A stretch of DNA of 64,000 bases from NCBI RefSeq assembly GCF_964355755.1, contig NC_092676.1:18680871-18744870 (forward strand), written 5' to 3'. The notes under the pieces were generated by a model, which worked only from the letters and a program-made list of their open reading frames with translations, did no database searches and had not been told where the DNA came from. Shown here one piece after another: positions 12,690-25,955 of the stretch (within the stretch, counting starts at the first letter, position 1; each line of letters opens with the position of its first letter). This DNA comes from Antedon mediterranea (lineage: Eukaryota > Animalia > Echinodermata). The translations under genes were made by a program, and so were the position numbers.

Positions 12690-13556
12690 AATTATGTTTT
12701 AACACTAATCAGCCACCCCTTTTTGAGGGACACACCTAATCAGGGGACAATTTTACATGAAACTAATAATTAGTAGTACCTACTACTTGGACACCCCTAT
12801 TTAGTTGACACTTTCATGTGAAACAAAAGAGAAAATTATGTTTTAACACTAAATAGCCACCCCTTTTTTAGGGACACACCTAATCAAGGGACAATTTTAC
12901 ATGAAACTAATAATTAGTAGTACCTATTACTTGGACACCCCTATTTAGTTGTCACTTTCATGTGAAACGAAAGAGAGAATTATGTTTTAACATTAAATAG
13001 CCACCCCTTTTTGAGGGACACACCTAGTCAGGGGACAATTTTACATGAATCCAATAATTAGTAGAACCTATTACTTGGACAATCCTATTTAGTTAACACT
13101 TTCATGTGAAACGAAAGAGAGAATTATGTTTTAAAACTAATTAGCCACCCCTTTTTTAGGGACACACCTAATCAGGGGACAATTTTACATGAATCCAATA
13201 ATTAGTAGAACCTATTACTTGGACAATCCTATTTAGTTAACACTTTCATGTGAAACGAAAGAGAGAATTATGTTTTAAAACTAATTAGCCACCCCTTTTT
13301 TAGGGACACACCTAATCAGGGGACAATTTTACATGAATCCAATAATTAGTAGAACCTATTACTTGGACAATCCTATTTAGTTAACACTTTCATGTGAAAC
13401 GAAAGAGAGAATTATGTTTTAAAACTAATTAGCCACCCCTTTTTTAGGGACACACCTAATCAGGGGACAATTTTACATGAATCCAATAATTAGTAGAACC
13501 TATTACTTAGACACCTCTATTTAGTTGACACTTTCATGTGAAACGAAAGGAAGAAT
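12690..13556. repeat. Tandem array, 144-bp unit, ~6 copies
   Basis: attatgtttt recurs at 12691, 12835, 12979, 13123, 13267, 13411. Confidence 0.95.
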
Positions 13557-14027
13557 TTTTTTTTGTTAACCACTATTTAGGTACAAAAATCAGTAGATAA
13601 TAGTGGTCAATGAAATAATAAAAAACATATATGAATACACATGCATGGATTACCTTAGACAGTGTGTACTTTGATAAGCTGAAAGAAAGAAAACAGATTT
13701 TATTATTATACGACATCAGCTTTAGTAGATTTTATCTTGAGGCTGTATGTACTATATCATTTAAGTAATTGTTTGCAGGGTTGAATGTTACCAGTAAATC
13801 TCAATTGAAACTGTTAACAATCTGGCATTGTTCTAGTTTTGCGGTTTTATAGGTTATCTTTCTAGGTCTTATTCAGCGACTTTGCAAACACTTAAAAGGC
13901 GGCTTTTCAAGTACACTTAAAATCAATAATTGATTCTTATACACAATTCCTTCTTGTAAATTCTTTTTCTTGTGGTTCTCCTGATGTCTTTTACCTTCTA
14001 TTATGTATCACCATTTAACCCTTTTTC

Positions 14028-14155
14028 AAAAAAGTATGATGTGCCCAAAATGGTAGTGATATTCCCAGATATGGTAGTGATATGAGATCATCATGTCCAT
14101 ATATTGGCACATCACATTTTTTTGTCACATAAAGTTAGATGGTGTAGACTGAGTT
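14028..14155. mobile_element. MITE family 1, partial reverse copy
   Basis: gatgtgccc...atggtagtgatat units and degenerate TIR gatggtgtagactgagtt. Confidence 0.75.
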
Positions 14156-14313
14156 GCCATTTAACCGGTTATTAAAATAGTCTGTTTCTGCTCCCAATAA
14201 ATTGGGGTTATAACCGGTTATTTTCCGGCGCATAAACAGGACGTTATTTCTACAATTAGACGTTTAAAAGAAATGTATACACTTCTGTGTTATTATCTAA
14301 TGTGATCGTATAT

Positions 14314-14314
<1 letters not shown>

Positions 14315-14350
<36 letters not shown>
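14315..14350. repeat. (CTAT)n microsatellite
   Basis: Direct reading. Confidence 0.85.
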
Positions 14351-17300
14351 TTTTCTTCCTCTTTTCTCTATTTTTCTATACTTTTATTCTTGTTCATCTG
14401 ATTCTTTTATAATACATTTTTATTTGTTAATAACCATCTTGCTACTTTTCATTATTTTGTATTGCTTTTGTAATGATCTTCCATTTATTCCATCAATAGT
14501 ATATTATTCACTAGTTTAAACTCGCACAATTTATTTAAATAACAGTGAATACTAACCGATAAAATAATATCAAATTATTTTTGTCTGGCTGTCTGATATC
14601 TTTAGGTGATATCTATTGATTTTTCTTTTTATGAAAAATGTTGTAAAACCGTATTTGCAATAAAACGGGAAGTTTATTTGAATTTTTCAATTATAAAAGT
14701 AAATAGTGATAAATTATTATACCGATAAAGTGACAATTGTATGGGGAATGAAACATAATATCAACGTCACCTTGAATAAAATGTGAATAATATTTTAACA
14801 GTATTACATTGGTTAACACTTTTTGCAAAAACCGAAATTCTTCATCACATATTGGTTATTTAATTTTTAAAAATAAATTCTGTCCAGTTGTTTCATACAT
14901 ACTTTTATTATTGTCATAGTCTTCAATAGAACCTTTGCCATTCCCCCCCCCCCCCTCCCCCAAAAAAAGTGGTTATAATCTGCTGGGATGCCATTCCACT
15001 GCATCTGGCCAGAACATGCTTCTGAACAACCACATTTTACACTACACATCGTCTTCCATGCCATATGGTGCCATTTCTGCCATCCAGGCTCTCCTAAATG
15101 AATTCCTGTGCCCTGATATTTAACAGTACTGACATGGGTTACAAAGAGAAAGCTAGGATTACAACACACTGAGGGGAAAAAACAACGATACTTTAATTAT
15201 TTTTCCAAATTTAAGGTTTGTTTTTTTCATTTAATTGTTAGTGTTGATCATTACAAATAATCAGTTGGCATAGAAGAAGACATGTTTATTAGCAGAAAAT
15301 TTATGCTTGTTCTTAGGTCTGTGCTTTACTTCAGTACGCTGTAAACTTGAATGTTTTCTAGTTCAAGCGCAGCGACTTGAAAACAAGTATTAAGATGAAT
15401 TTCCAACGTCATTCACAAAGTCATTGGTCTTACATCATCAGTGTTTTTCCTCTATTTTCTCGTTTCAATCACGTTATAATCACAAGAAATTTGCCAGGTT
15501 TTATTTTGGAAGTTCAAAGAACACATCGTTCATTCTCTGAAACAGTCCGATATAATTTGTTTAGATATTCATTGTAGACAATGCAATGTAGAACGTTGCC
15601 AAAGGCAATATGGGAGTGTAGGTGTTTTTAATATTGCATAATGTTTATGAATCACAACAACATGATTTCTGTTTAAAAGTATGTACCTGATCAAGGGTCA
15701 AATACTGACCTTAATATTCAACTGTCTTTATTTTCTTTATGGTTGCTATAATTAGCTAAAAGAAAATGAGAGGAAAATTAAGAAAATAATAATGAAAATG
15801 TCCAGCCTTATATACTGTAGATCTGTAGCACCCTCTTCATACTAATATTACTATAACAAAAGGACAGATGTGACAACTTGGAAAAGTGAATAATCAGTAG
15901 AATTTATGAAAGTATAACCATATAAGAGAGGGTACTATACAAGTTGAAAAAAATACAACAACTATAGTGTGCTATTAAAAACCAATCTTATGCATGTTTA
16001 TAGTAAACAACGGACATGCCAGAAAGGGGCGGATCCAGCATTATAGATTAGAGGGTGGGGGAGGGAGTAAATATTTCATAAATGATAAAACTGATCCGTC
16101 AGGTTGCAGAAAAATAAAAAAAGTAATTATTTTATTTTAAAAAGTTAAATTTTAGTCCAGGCACTATCTAGATGTGGCGGTGAAACAAATTTGTTACTTT
16201 AGTAACAAACAAAAAAATAAATAATAACTTCTCGGGAGAAATTGCTCCTTAGAAGAAGGCGGGAATAGGAATAGAAATGTTGGGAACCTCCGACGATTAT
16301 CCAGGTGTGAAATGGTGTTCTTTTGAAAAGGACAATGGAAATGGAGTTTTATGAAACAGCAGTTCCTTTAGTTACTGTTTAACATACTTAGAAAACCAAG
16401 ACAATTGGTTTAAATCTAATTCAAGCCTTTTATACCATAAATGTTATACATACTTGATTATATGACAAGTCACCTACATAAATACAGGATGGGGTAAATT
16501 TGTTACCGCTATGATTACAGTAATACATTTATATTGATAAACAACATCAAAACATTATTTAAATACTATTACACATTATTGTTTAATCAAACAATTATGA
16601 AACAAGGCCTTTACCATGAAACTTTAAGGAATAAAGACCAATTATAAACGATAAAACATTCCATCTGGCATAGTATTAAATAAACCCTTCACAAGAAATC
16701 AAGGTTGTACATAATTTAATTTGCCTAATCGAAAAATTACACATAAAAAATGCCATTAATATTGTTAAACAGAGTAGTATACTTAATCTCTTTGATGTAA
16801 TTTACCAATTTGTTACCAGAGAGATACCCGACTGTGAATTTATAATTACATCAATTTACATTTATGCTGGTATTAATATCTAAACCATTCATTACAATCT
16901 ACTGGTAAAAACGTGCAGCCATATGCCGTGTATGCTTGTCTGTGTTCGCTAAGCCATATCTCTCTACCTCTCTTTAAAGTCATTAACCCATGTTCTTCAT
17001 CCACTGACGTAACAACACAAAGACGCTAGGCCTCTCAATTAATCATAGTTAGCAGCAGCTCTAGTGTACAGGAAGGGATGAGTCAGGCTTCATTTTGTAG
17101 GTGATCTAGATTCTTTAGGCCTTCATTATTTTGATTATCAACACGGATTTTATAGTTTTCTGCTATTAGTGGAATTATGGAAAATGAGGTAATATTATTC
17201 ATTCTTTTTATCTTGAATTGTGTGTTTATAATTTTTTTTATTAAATTTATCTTATGGTCATTTGCCTATGTTGTTTATGTAAATATTTTGTTGACATCAT

Positions 17301-17690
17301 TTGTTTCTATAAAGGTGTACGTATTAATGACAGGCGTGCTACTGATATATGATACCTTTTATTTTTATCAACGTTGAGTGTGTTACATTATTGACTATTT
17401 CTATTTCCACAATTTCTTTATTATGTATGTGTGGTATACAATTCAAAAAGCCAAATATCAACAATAATAAATGCAATCTCTATAATCCTTATCCTGGTCC
17501 CTCTGGGAGACCAGTCTTTTACTGAAGAGGTCATCCAGTATGTAAATAAATTATAAAAAAAAACATGTTTTAATATTACTTTTTCTTTGCAGTGTTAATA
17601 ATTACTTGATATTGTCAATTTAGTTTGCATTTAATACTTAAGATGTTTTTACTTTGTTATGATAATTATTATTCTATAATTTACTTACAG

Positions 17691-17919
17691 ACAATGCAAG
17701 AAGCCATCAATGCCCGTCAGGCCAACCTTGACAGCGTGAATGCAACGTCAGAAAGGATGACCAGAGATGGAGACAGCCTCGGAATTACAATCCCGCAAGA
17801 AATTCAACAGAAAGTTGACAAGCTGAATGGTGATTGGCAGAAATTGAACAGTCTCGCAGGGAAGTTAAAACCAGTGAAAATGTTAAACATTGAGGAGGAT
17901 ATATGGGTACAGCAAGAAG
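17691..17919 (+). CDS. DMD: Dystrophin-like exon, equivalent to fused DMD exons 49+50 (end of R19, start of hinge 3)
   Basis: ttacag acceptor, aag|gtacta donor, 229 nt, phase 0->1; TMQEAINARQANLDSVNAT...QKVDKLNGDWQKLNSL. Confidence 0.87.
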
Positions 17920-18461
17920 GTACTATTTTTTCTTTGCTTTGTTTTGCATGGTAGAAATAGCAAATATGCATCAATGATGCAGTACAAAAAATAAATTTTG
18001 AAATTGTAGTATTTGACAAACTGTGTCATTTAGTATAGATAAAAATGTGTGAAATTATTATTGTTAGTATTATAATACAGCACTCCACTGTAAGCAACTA
18101 TTCTATCCTAGCTAAATACATCTATGATGTTCTCACAATACAGAAAATACATTTTAAAATAGGAGTATTTGACAAACTGTATCATTTAGAATACATAAAA
18201 ACGTATGAAAATAACAAATTTCGATCAATGAACATTTAAATGTTCAAATATGTTGCTGCATATATTGTGTTGATAAGGTGCATGATGGTGGGAAACAGTG
18301 CTAAATTTTCAATCATAATTGCTCATCCTAAATTAAATAGGTTGAATAATGTGTGTTAGATATTGTACACTGGGTATCTCAAGCCCATGAATAGTGTAGT
18401 AGTACTATACCTTGTTTTGTTTGTATATTATATAATAAATTCTGAATATCTTTTACAACAG

Positions 18462-18646
18462 TTTTGACGCAAGCACCTCGCCCGCCTTCTTTTAGGGAAT
18501 CAACCCATCAATCTCCATGGCCCGAGTTCGACAATGCCGTTGCAGAACTCCGGGACTGGCTTCGGTTGTTGGATCATATGTTGCGGTCGCAAACGGTAAC
18601 CATCTGTGACCTGCAGGAGATTGAAGAAATGATTGGCAAACAGAAG
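18462..18646 (+). CDS. DMD: Dystrophin-like exon, equivalent to DMD exon 51 (hinge 3/R20)
   Basis: caacag acceptor, aag|gtagga donor, 185 nt, phase 1->0; EFDNAVAELRDWLRLLDHMLRSQTVTICDLQEIEEMIGKQK resembles DFNRAWTELTDWLSLLDQVIKSQRVMVGDLEDINEMIIKQK. Confidence 0.95.
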
Positions 18647-21600
18647 GTAGGATATTAACAAATTTAAGATTTGGTAGAAATTTTTACAAATAAAATTTTT
18701 TTTAAATGTTACATTTTTTGATAAACTTTTCAGTATACCTGACATATTTAGGATGACAAAGGTGAATATCTACACCCCCTCTATTTCACATATCTTTCTC
18801 TTTACCAATTACAGCACCATTTATAAAATAATAACGAGTTATGATATGTCATGATATAAAATGTTTCTATTATAATTTATAATAAATGCCAAAATGTTGA
18901 ATCCCGATACATGACTACTTTTTTAATGTATGTATTATACTTTCAATAAACCATACAAGATACATTTTTTCCCTTTCCCATACATGTTTATTTATTCCCA
19001 TACCATATAAGGTGTTTTTCTCCTGAACTACTTGTCAATATGGACAGCTTTGGTATATTTATTAATGATAAAATTAGCATATATGAATAATATTTTCCTT
19101 TCATGAATAATAATAATAATATATTAGTAATAATTTGCATACAAATACCATTCTCAAAATTTGCGATTAAATTGAAAATCTATGACCTAATAACCTGCTA
19201 CATGCAGCGCAGTACAAATTCTCTTGCGTTTGACGTCATGTATCCCACAGTGCAACATCCAAAATGGACATACTGATTTTTTTGTATGAATTATGTGGGA
19301 AAATTAGGTTAGGTTTTAACAATAGGAGAATATATTAATCAGGATTTATTTATAATAGAAAAATGTATTTTTTCTGCTATAACTCATTAACTATAAATTG
19401 ATATTGATGAGTATACCGTAATTATGACCGCATTGATGAGTAGAATACAATAACAGAATTTGAATTTAATTGCGTATTGTACGGATTGTTAACAATAGAT
19501 GCACTTAAATCAAAACCCGAATAATTAATGTTAAAATTTATGGCGAAGATTCACGGCACCAATTTGAATAACATTTTTGTAAAATACAGGTCGCTCAATT
19601 AGAGATTCTGTATTAGATGATAGTGATGTTTCATTATTCTGTTTTGTAATCCATGTCTAGGGGTGTGTTTATACTAAAAGATGTATGTCCTGGAAAACAC
19701 TTACAGAGCGTAATTTTCCAAGAATCACCTCTCAAAACACACTCAAAATTACTACCCATCTCCAACCCCCCCTCCCCCTGCACCTTTCCTTCTTAATTTG
19801 CTATTCAGTATATTAGAATAGGTGATATTTATACTGTGCCAATAGGTTAGAGTGGAGTATGGCGGAGTTAGAATTTACATTTTAATCTGACCATTTCGTC
19901 CAAATGTGTGTGTGGTACGTACAACTGCATTAAACCAGCAAACTTCTTAAAATGAAGCTAGGTGCGAATGTTCTTTGTATAAAATGTTGTTGCATGATGA
20001 ATATACCAAGTAAACTAACATGTTTATCTTCCCCTTTATCTACACTCTAGCATAATTTAATGGATATTTTTTTGTCAAGGAGAACTTTATAACCTTTCTA
20101 CCTGTGCCATTTATTTGTTTTTATTTCAATTTTTACTGGTTTATATATAAAAGTATAACACATACTAAAGAAATCAAATGATAAATACGGTCATTCTGGG
20201 ATTCACAATTTTGACCATTTATATATATAAATCTATGTAAATATGTGTATAAGAATTATTATTATAATAAGGTGTTTTATTGTATTCTCTATTCAATAAT
20301 CAAGTATAACCTTTTGGTTGGTACACATCTCCGCAATTTTTACAAGTTCGTATCAAGCATACATTTACACCCTCCACTTGATACAAACTTGTGAATTGAT
20401 GTGTACCAGCTTTGCATGAAATAACCAGCTGATAACATAAATCTTTATATAATAATGTGCTCCATTCGTAGTAATTAAATGTATAGCTGATATTAATCAT
20501 ATAACTGCTCATACATTCATTTTCATATCATGTCACCCATTTGCTCATTAAATTTTTCATTTATAACAATGTTAAATAGCTATACTATACGTGCACTTTG
20601 ACTAATTAAATCATCATGCTTAAGTCCAAATCAAAAGACTAGCTTTTGAGAAAGAGTGATTAAAATCATCTAAAATAGTTCCAAAATATGTTGTTTTTTT
20701 CCCTTTTAAAATTTAATTTTAAATCATTATCAATACAAGTATTATGATTTTGAAACATACAACATACAATATGATGTAATTGATACTAAACGTTGTGAAT
20801 ATATAAACTATTCTGCACATAAAACCTAAAAATTATAATACGTACATAAATAAACATTAAAATAACGTACATTAAAATGTAAATTAAAACATTCACCTGT
20901 ATTTAAGCATCATATTCTATGGAGAAAATTTGAATTTTAACCATGCTTATTTTGTTGGCAGGGGGTGTGGTCAGGTATTCTGCCTATATTCTACACATTA
21001 GGTCCTAATGATCGACAGCATATTGGTGCAATGGTGGTTGACATAATGACTATGCTAGCCCAATTGGAGGTCTGTTAACATTTGCATTTATTCAGATCAG
21101 TTGATTTGCATATTTTCAAAACACTTTGCATAATTCTATATCGGTGTCATATAATATTCAAATGAATCAATTTGTTTATATTCAAATTACCTGTTTTGTT
21201 TATATTCATATCAGTTGATTTGAATACAGGTAAATCAATATGTATATATTCAAATTACCTGTTTGATTATATTCATATCAGTTGATTTGGATTCAGGTTC
21301 ATTAATTTGCATATATTCAAAATGGCTGATTTGCATATTGTGTATTCATCTAAACATGGTTAAATATTACTATTGATTGACTGTGATTGTTTTTTAACAC
21401 TGTATAGTGTTTTTGCATATAATTTCTTGCACTTGCGGGCTTACTTTGCTTTTTTTGTTTCAAAACTTTTTAAATCTGTCATCCATTTTCCAGGTGTCTA
21501 CTTAATATCTGTATTATGCCTTACATCTTCACGCCCATGCATTATTTGAATATTATCAATTTGATATAATTAAAACATTATCTTAGAGCTGTTCATAAAT

Positions 21601-22351
21601 ACTTGATTTTTAAGCATCTTTTAAAAGCTTTTTTTATAATCTGTCTCATATTCGTTTTTATTTGTTTTAATTCTTACCCATGTCATACCATTTTGGTTTC
21701 ACTGAAATCTGCTTTGCTTTATACTATATATATTGTATTTTCTATATATCTGGTTTGAGAATGATTAGAAATAAAATATTTTTCAGTTTAGGTGTAGTAA
21801 TTTTACTATATTTAACTGTAAATCATCTGTTTATGTGTGATGATAATTATTTTTTTTTTCATAATATTACACATCATATTGTTATTTCTGTTGGGCCATA
21901 ATTGACCTGTTGGAAACACAAGACCTCTCGATCACTGAGTGGTTTAGAATTTCCATCTTTCCGTTAAAATTTATATACATATGCATTTTACATCGATATA
22001 CATTTCAATTATTATATTATCACATAACATATGTTTGATAAAGGCTGTACATATCTATACAAGCTATCTTTACTACCAACTAACAAATGTATTAATATAT
22101 ATATTAAAACATAGTACTGCATTATAATGATGATGTGCCAATGTTTTGATATCATATTAATAATATGTTAATATAACAATGATAATAATGTATGTATAAT
22201 TGATCATCTAGTAATAATAACCTGAATAGTATATAACACTAATATAATGCACTGAATTCAATGTATGATTATACGTGATATATTAAAACATGTGTTATTA
22301 GAATTTAAAAGAAGCATACACATTTTAAAATGGCATTAGAGCCTTGAGGTT

Positions 22352-22651
22352 AATATGCTCGCTTACCAAGCCCAGGGTCCTAGTTCAAATCCTGGCTATT
22401 GCCAAAAACAGTGTTGTTGACAAGTACAAGTATAGTTTTGTTTATTAAATATAAATAATATATAAATAAATAAATATAAATAATTAAATAATTTAGACTA
22501 CAATATGCTCGCTTACCAAGCCCAGGGTCCTAGTTCAAATCCTGGCTATTGCCAAAAACAGTGTTGTTGACAAGTACAAGTATAGTTTTGTTTATTAAAT
22601 ATAAATAATATATAAATAAATAAATATAAATAATTAAATAAATTAGACTAC
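22352..22651 (+). repeat. Near-perfect 150-bp tandem duplication of a tRNA-SINE-like fragment with AT tail
   Basis: aatatgctcgcttaccaagcccagggtcctagttcaaatcc at 22352 and 22502; B-box-like GTTCAAATCC. Confidence 0.85.
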
Positions 22652-22799
22652 TGTTAAAATAGAGGTAATTTAGAAGACCGTATTAAGTACTTTGTTCCAT
22701 TATTCTTATTCTTTTTATCCTAAAAACTAGCTGTAAATCAATATATCAATGCTCAATCTAATTTGCATGCTAATTTGCTTGTTAATTTGCATATGTTAC

Positions 22800-23575
22800 A
22801 AGGTGTACATCTCTCTGACTACTGGTAAATGCAATAAACTTGTAGGATTTATTAAGAGGTGTGTTAGAACCAATGATCAGACCGTTTTTCCTAAATTATT
22901 TAAGTCTATCATTAGGCCTGTAATTGAATACGCTTCACCTGTCTGGTTTCCATTTCTGCAAAGCACCATCAATCAGATTGAATCTGTTCAGAGACGCTTT
23001 ACACGATCATGCTTCCCACGTTTTTTTCACATGGATTATGACATGCGGCCGTCATACGAACAAAGGTTACGGACTCTAAAATTACCCACGATTTATAATA
23101 GACTTAAATTCATCCGTGTTAAATTTGTTGTGAAGTGCCTCTGTACAGATTTCCTAATTGATGGTGCTTTGCTACCTAAACCTGTTGAACGTAGAAGTGA
23201 GAAACTTGTTTACAGACATGAGAAGTCTCGTACTAATGCTTTTTTTTATTCTGTTTTTATTTCATTTCCACGGATGTGGGATGAGATTCCGGTATATATA
23301 ACAGACATGTTTATTTATAATGATTGCAATTTTTATTCTGTTTTATATAAATTCTATGTTACCGGGTTGTTAAATGTTTATCCTTGTTAATGTTATTTTG
23401 CCACCAGCACTATCAGGAGAGTCTTTTATAGCGATATTTTTTGCTTTTTGACAATCCGCCAGGATAGTGTTCTGCGCTTTTTCTCTGCTTGTTGTTGTTC
23501 TATGTTATATATGCTTTTTGTATTGTTTTTGTATTATTTTTTCTGGATAATAAATGAATATGAATATATGAATAT
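22800..23575 (+). mobile_element. 5'-truncated non-LTR retrotransposon (CR1/L2-group ORF2 C-terminus)
   Basis: IRPVIEYASPVWFP...INQIESVQRRFTR...YEQRLRTLKL motifs, then 3' UTR and aataaa/(tgaata)n tail. Confidence 0.85.
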
Positions 23576-23801
23576 ATGTGTATCATTTGTACGTCTGGTT
23601 ACTTGGTTGTGAGTGTTTAATGTATGTTTCTTGTAATGTTGTACTTGACTGTATTAAAAATATTGTGAAATATGTAATCTAAAATAATAAAGGACATTGA
23701 AAAAAAGAAACAGCAACAGAACTTAAATGCAATAAATTCTAGAAATATTGAAATCAAGGGAAATTATTTATTTATTTTTTATATTACTCTTTAATAGTTA
23801 A

Positions 23802-24135
23802 AGATGTATTGTCCCCCTAAAAAAATAATTCTTAAAAAAATTTTTTTTTAATATTGCATTTTAATGTAACATAATAGTTATCCACTTTGACCTAAAATTG
23901 GATCGAAAAAAAATGTATTTAACTGAAAAAATGTAATTTAAAGCAAAAAATTGTCAAATTGGCTGCCAGCCAATGGATTTTTGGTTGAATTTTAACATTT
24001 TTTTGTCATTTTATAAGTGAAAACGTAATTTTTTTTCAATTGAAGTGATGAACTTTATTAAAACTACAAAATAACATATTCTAAGTCTGATTTAATTAAT
24101 CTTCATTTTTTATGTTTTTGAGGGACAATACATCT
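23802..24135. mobile_element. TTAA-targeting MITE (Kolobok-like termini)
   Basis: TTAA-AGATGTATTGTCCC ... GGGACAATACATCT-TTAA. Confidence 0.85.
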
Positions 24136-24591
24136 TTAAACAAAAACAAAATCATGGTTAATCAAAAAGTTTTAAACATAAACAAAGTGACCTGTAAAGA
24201 AAGTTTAATTTCAATTCTAGCTTTTATTTAATACATAATAAACATTAATTGTTTTAGATTAAAGTAATAAAATCTTATTGTTGACCAACTTTCTTCCAGT
24301 TTACATTTGACCATTGCATGGTATGTATATAACCAATGACTTAATACAGAATTATGGGTTATTTTTGTGTTTGAATTTGCAAAATGATATTTTCAAGAAT
24401 GCCTTCTCCTCTTGAGCTTTTTTAACTGATCCCATCATTGATTTTTTTTTGGTTTGAGTTTATCACCTCAATTTATTTACCCCGATATCTTATACCATGT
24501 GGTACACACTCACTATCATATTGTTTGTATATCATATTTTTTAAATCTATAAATTTAATTTTTATATAGGTCATAGACTTTAATTTTTGTA

Positions 24592-25955
24592 CACACAACC
24601 ATTTGCTTTCTACAACCAATCACTTACATGTGCTACACCCCCTGTTCTGCTACAACCGATCACTTTATGCCACACCCCCTGTTCTGCTACAACCGATCAC
24701 TTTATGCCACACCCTCTGTTTTGCTACAACCAATCACTTACATATGCCACACCCTCTGTTTTGCTACAACCAATCACTTTCATATGCCACACCCCTGTTG
24801 TGCTACAACCAATCACTTTCATATCCCACATCCCTGTTGTGCTACAACCAATCACTTTCATATGCCACACCCCCTGTTGTGCTATAACCAATCACTTTCA
24901 TATGCCACACCCCTGTTTTCCTACAACCAATCACTTTCAAATGCTACACCCCTGTTTTGATACAACCAATCACTTTCAAATGCCACACCCCCTGTTTTTG
25001 CTACAACCAATCACTTTCATATGCCACACCCCCTGTTTTTGCTACAACTAATCACTTTCATATGCCTCACCACCTTTGCTACAACCAATGACTTTCATAC
25101 ACCACATCCCCTATTTTGCTACAACCAATCACTTTATATGCCACACCTCTTTCTTGTTACAAACAATCACTTATCTATGCCACACCTCTTTCTTGTTACA
25201 AACAATCACTTATCTATGCCACACCTCTTTCTTGCTACAACCAATCACTTATCTATGCCACTCCTCTTTCTTTCTACAACCAATCACTTATCTATGCCAC
25301 TCCTCTTTCTTGTTACAACCAATCACTTATCTATGCCACACCTCTTTCTTGCTACAAACAATCACTTATCTATGCCACACCTCTTTCTTGCTACAACCCA
25401 TCACTTATCTATGCCACTCCTCTTTCTTTCTACAACCCATAACTTATCTATGCCACTCCTCTTTCTTGTTACAACCAATCACTTATCTATGCCACACCTC
25501 TTTCTTGCTACAAACAATCACTTATCTATGCCACACCTCTTTCTTGCTACAACCCATCACTTATCTATGCCACACCTCTTTCTTGTTACAACCCATCACT
25601 TATCTATGCCACTCCTCTTTCTTTCTACAACCATTCACTTATCTATGCCACTCCTCTTTCTTGTTACAACCAATCACTTATCTATGCCACACCTCTTTCT
25701 TGCTACAAACAATCACTTATCTATGCCACACCTCTTTCTTGCTACAACCCGTCACTTATCTATGCCACACCTCTTTCTTGTTACAACCCATCACTTATCA
25801 TCTATGCCATTCCTCTTTCTTTCTACAACCAATCACTTATCTATGCCACACCTCTTTCTTGTTACAACCCATCACTTATCTATGCCACTCCTCTTTCTTT
25901 CTACAACCATTCACTTATCTATGCCACACCTCTTTCTTTCTACAACCATTCACTT
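24592..25955. repeat. Minisatellite, 39-40-bp unit, roughly 35 copies
   Basis: Unit tgctacaaccaatcacttatctatgccacacctctttct; explains the repetitive ORFs in all three + frames. Confidence 0.95.

Noticed and set aside
12690-13556. CRISPR-like regular repeat
   Set aside because: Whole 144-bp unit is repeated, no unique spacers, no cas genes.
21090-21340. Cluster of octamer-like ATTTGCAT motifs (also ~22757-22795)
   Set aside because: Part of degenerate local repeats (tatattcaaattacctgtt, attcatatcagttgatttg); most likely a repeat remnant rather than an enhancer.
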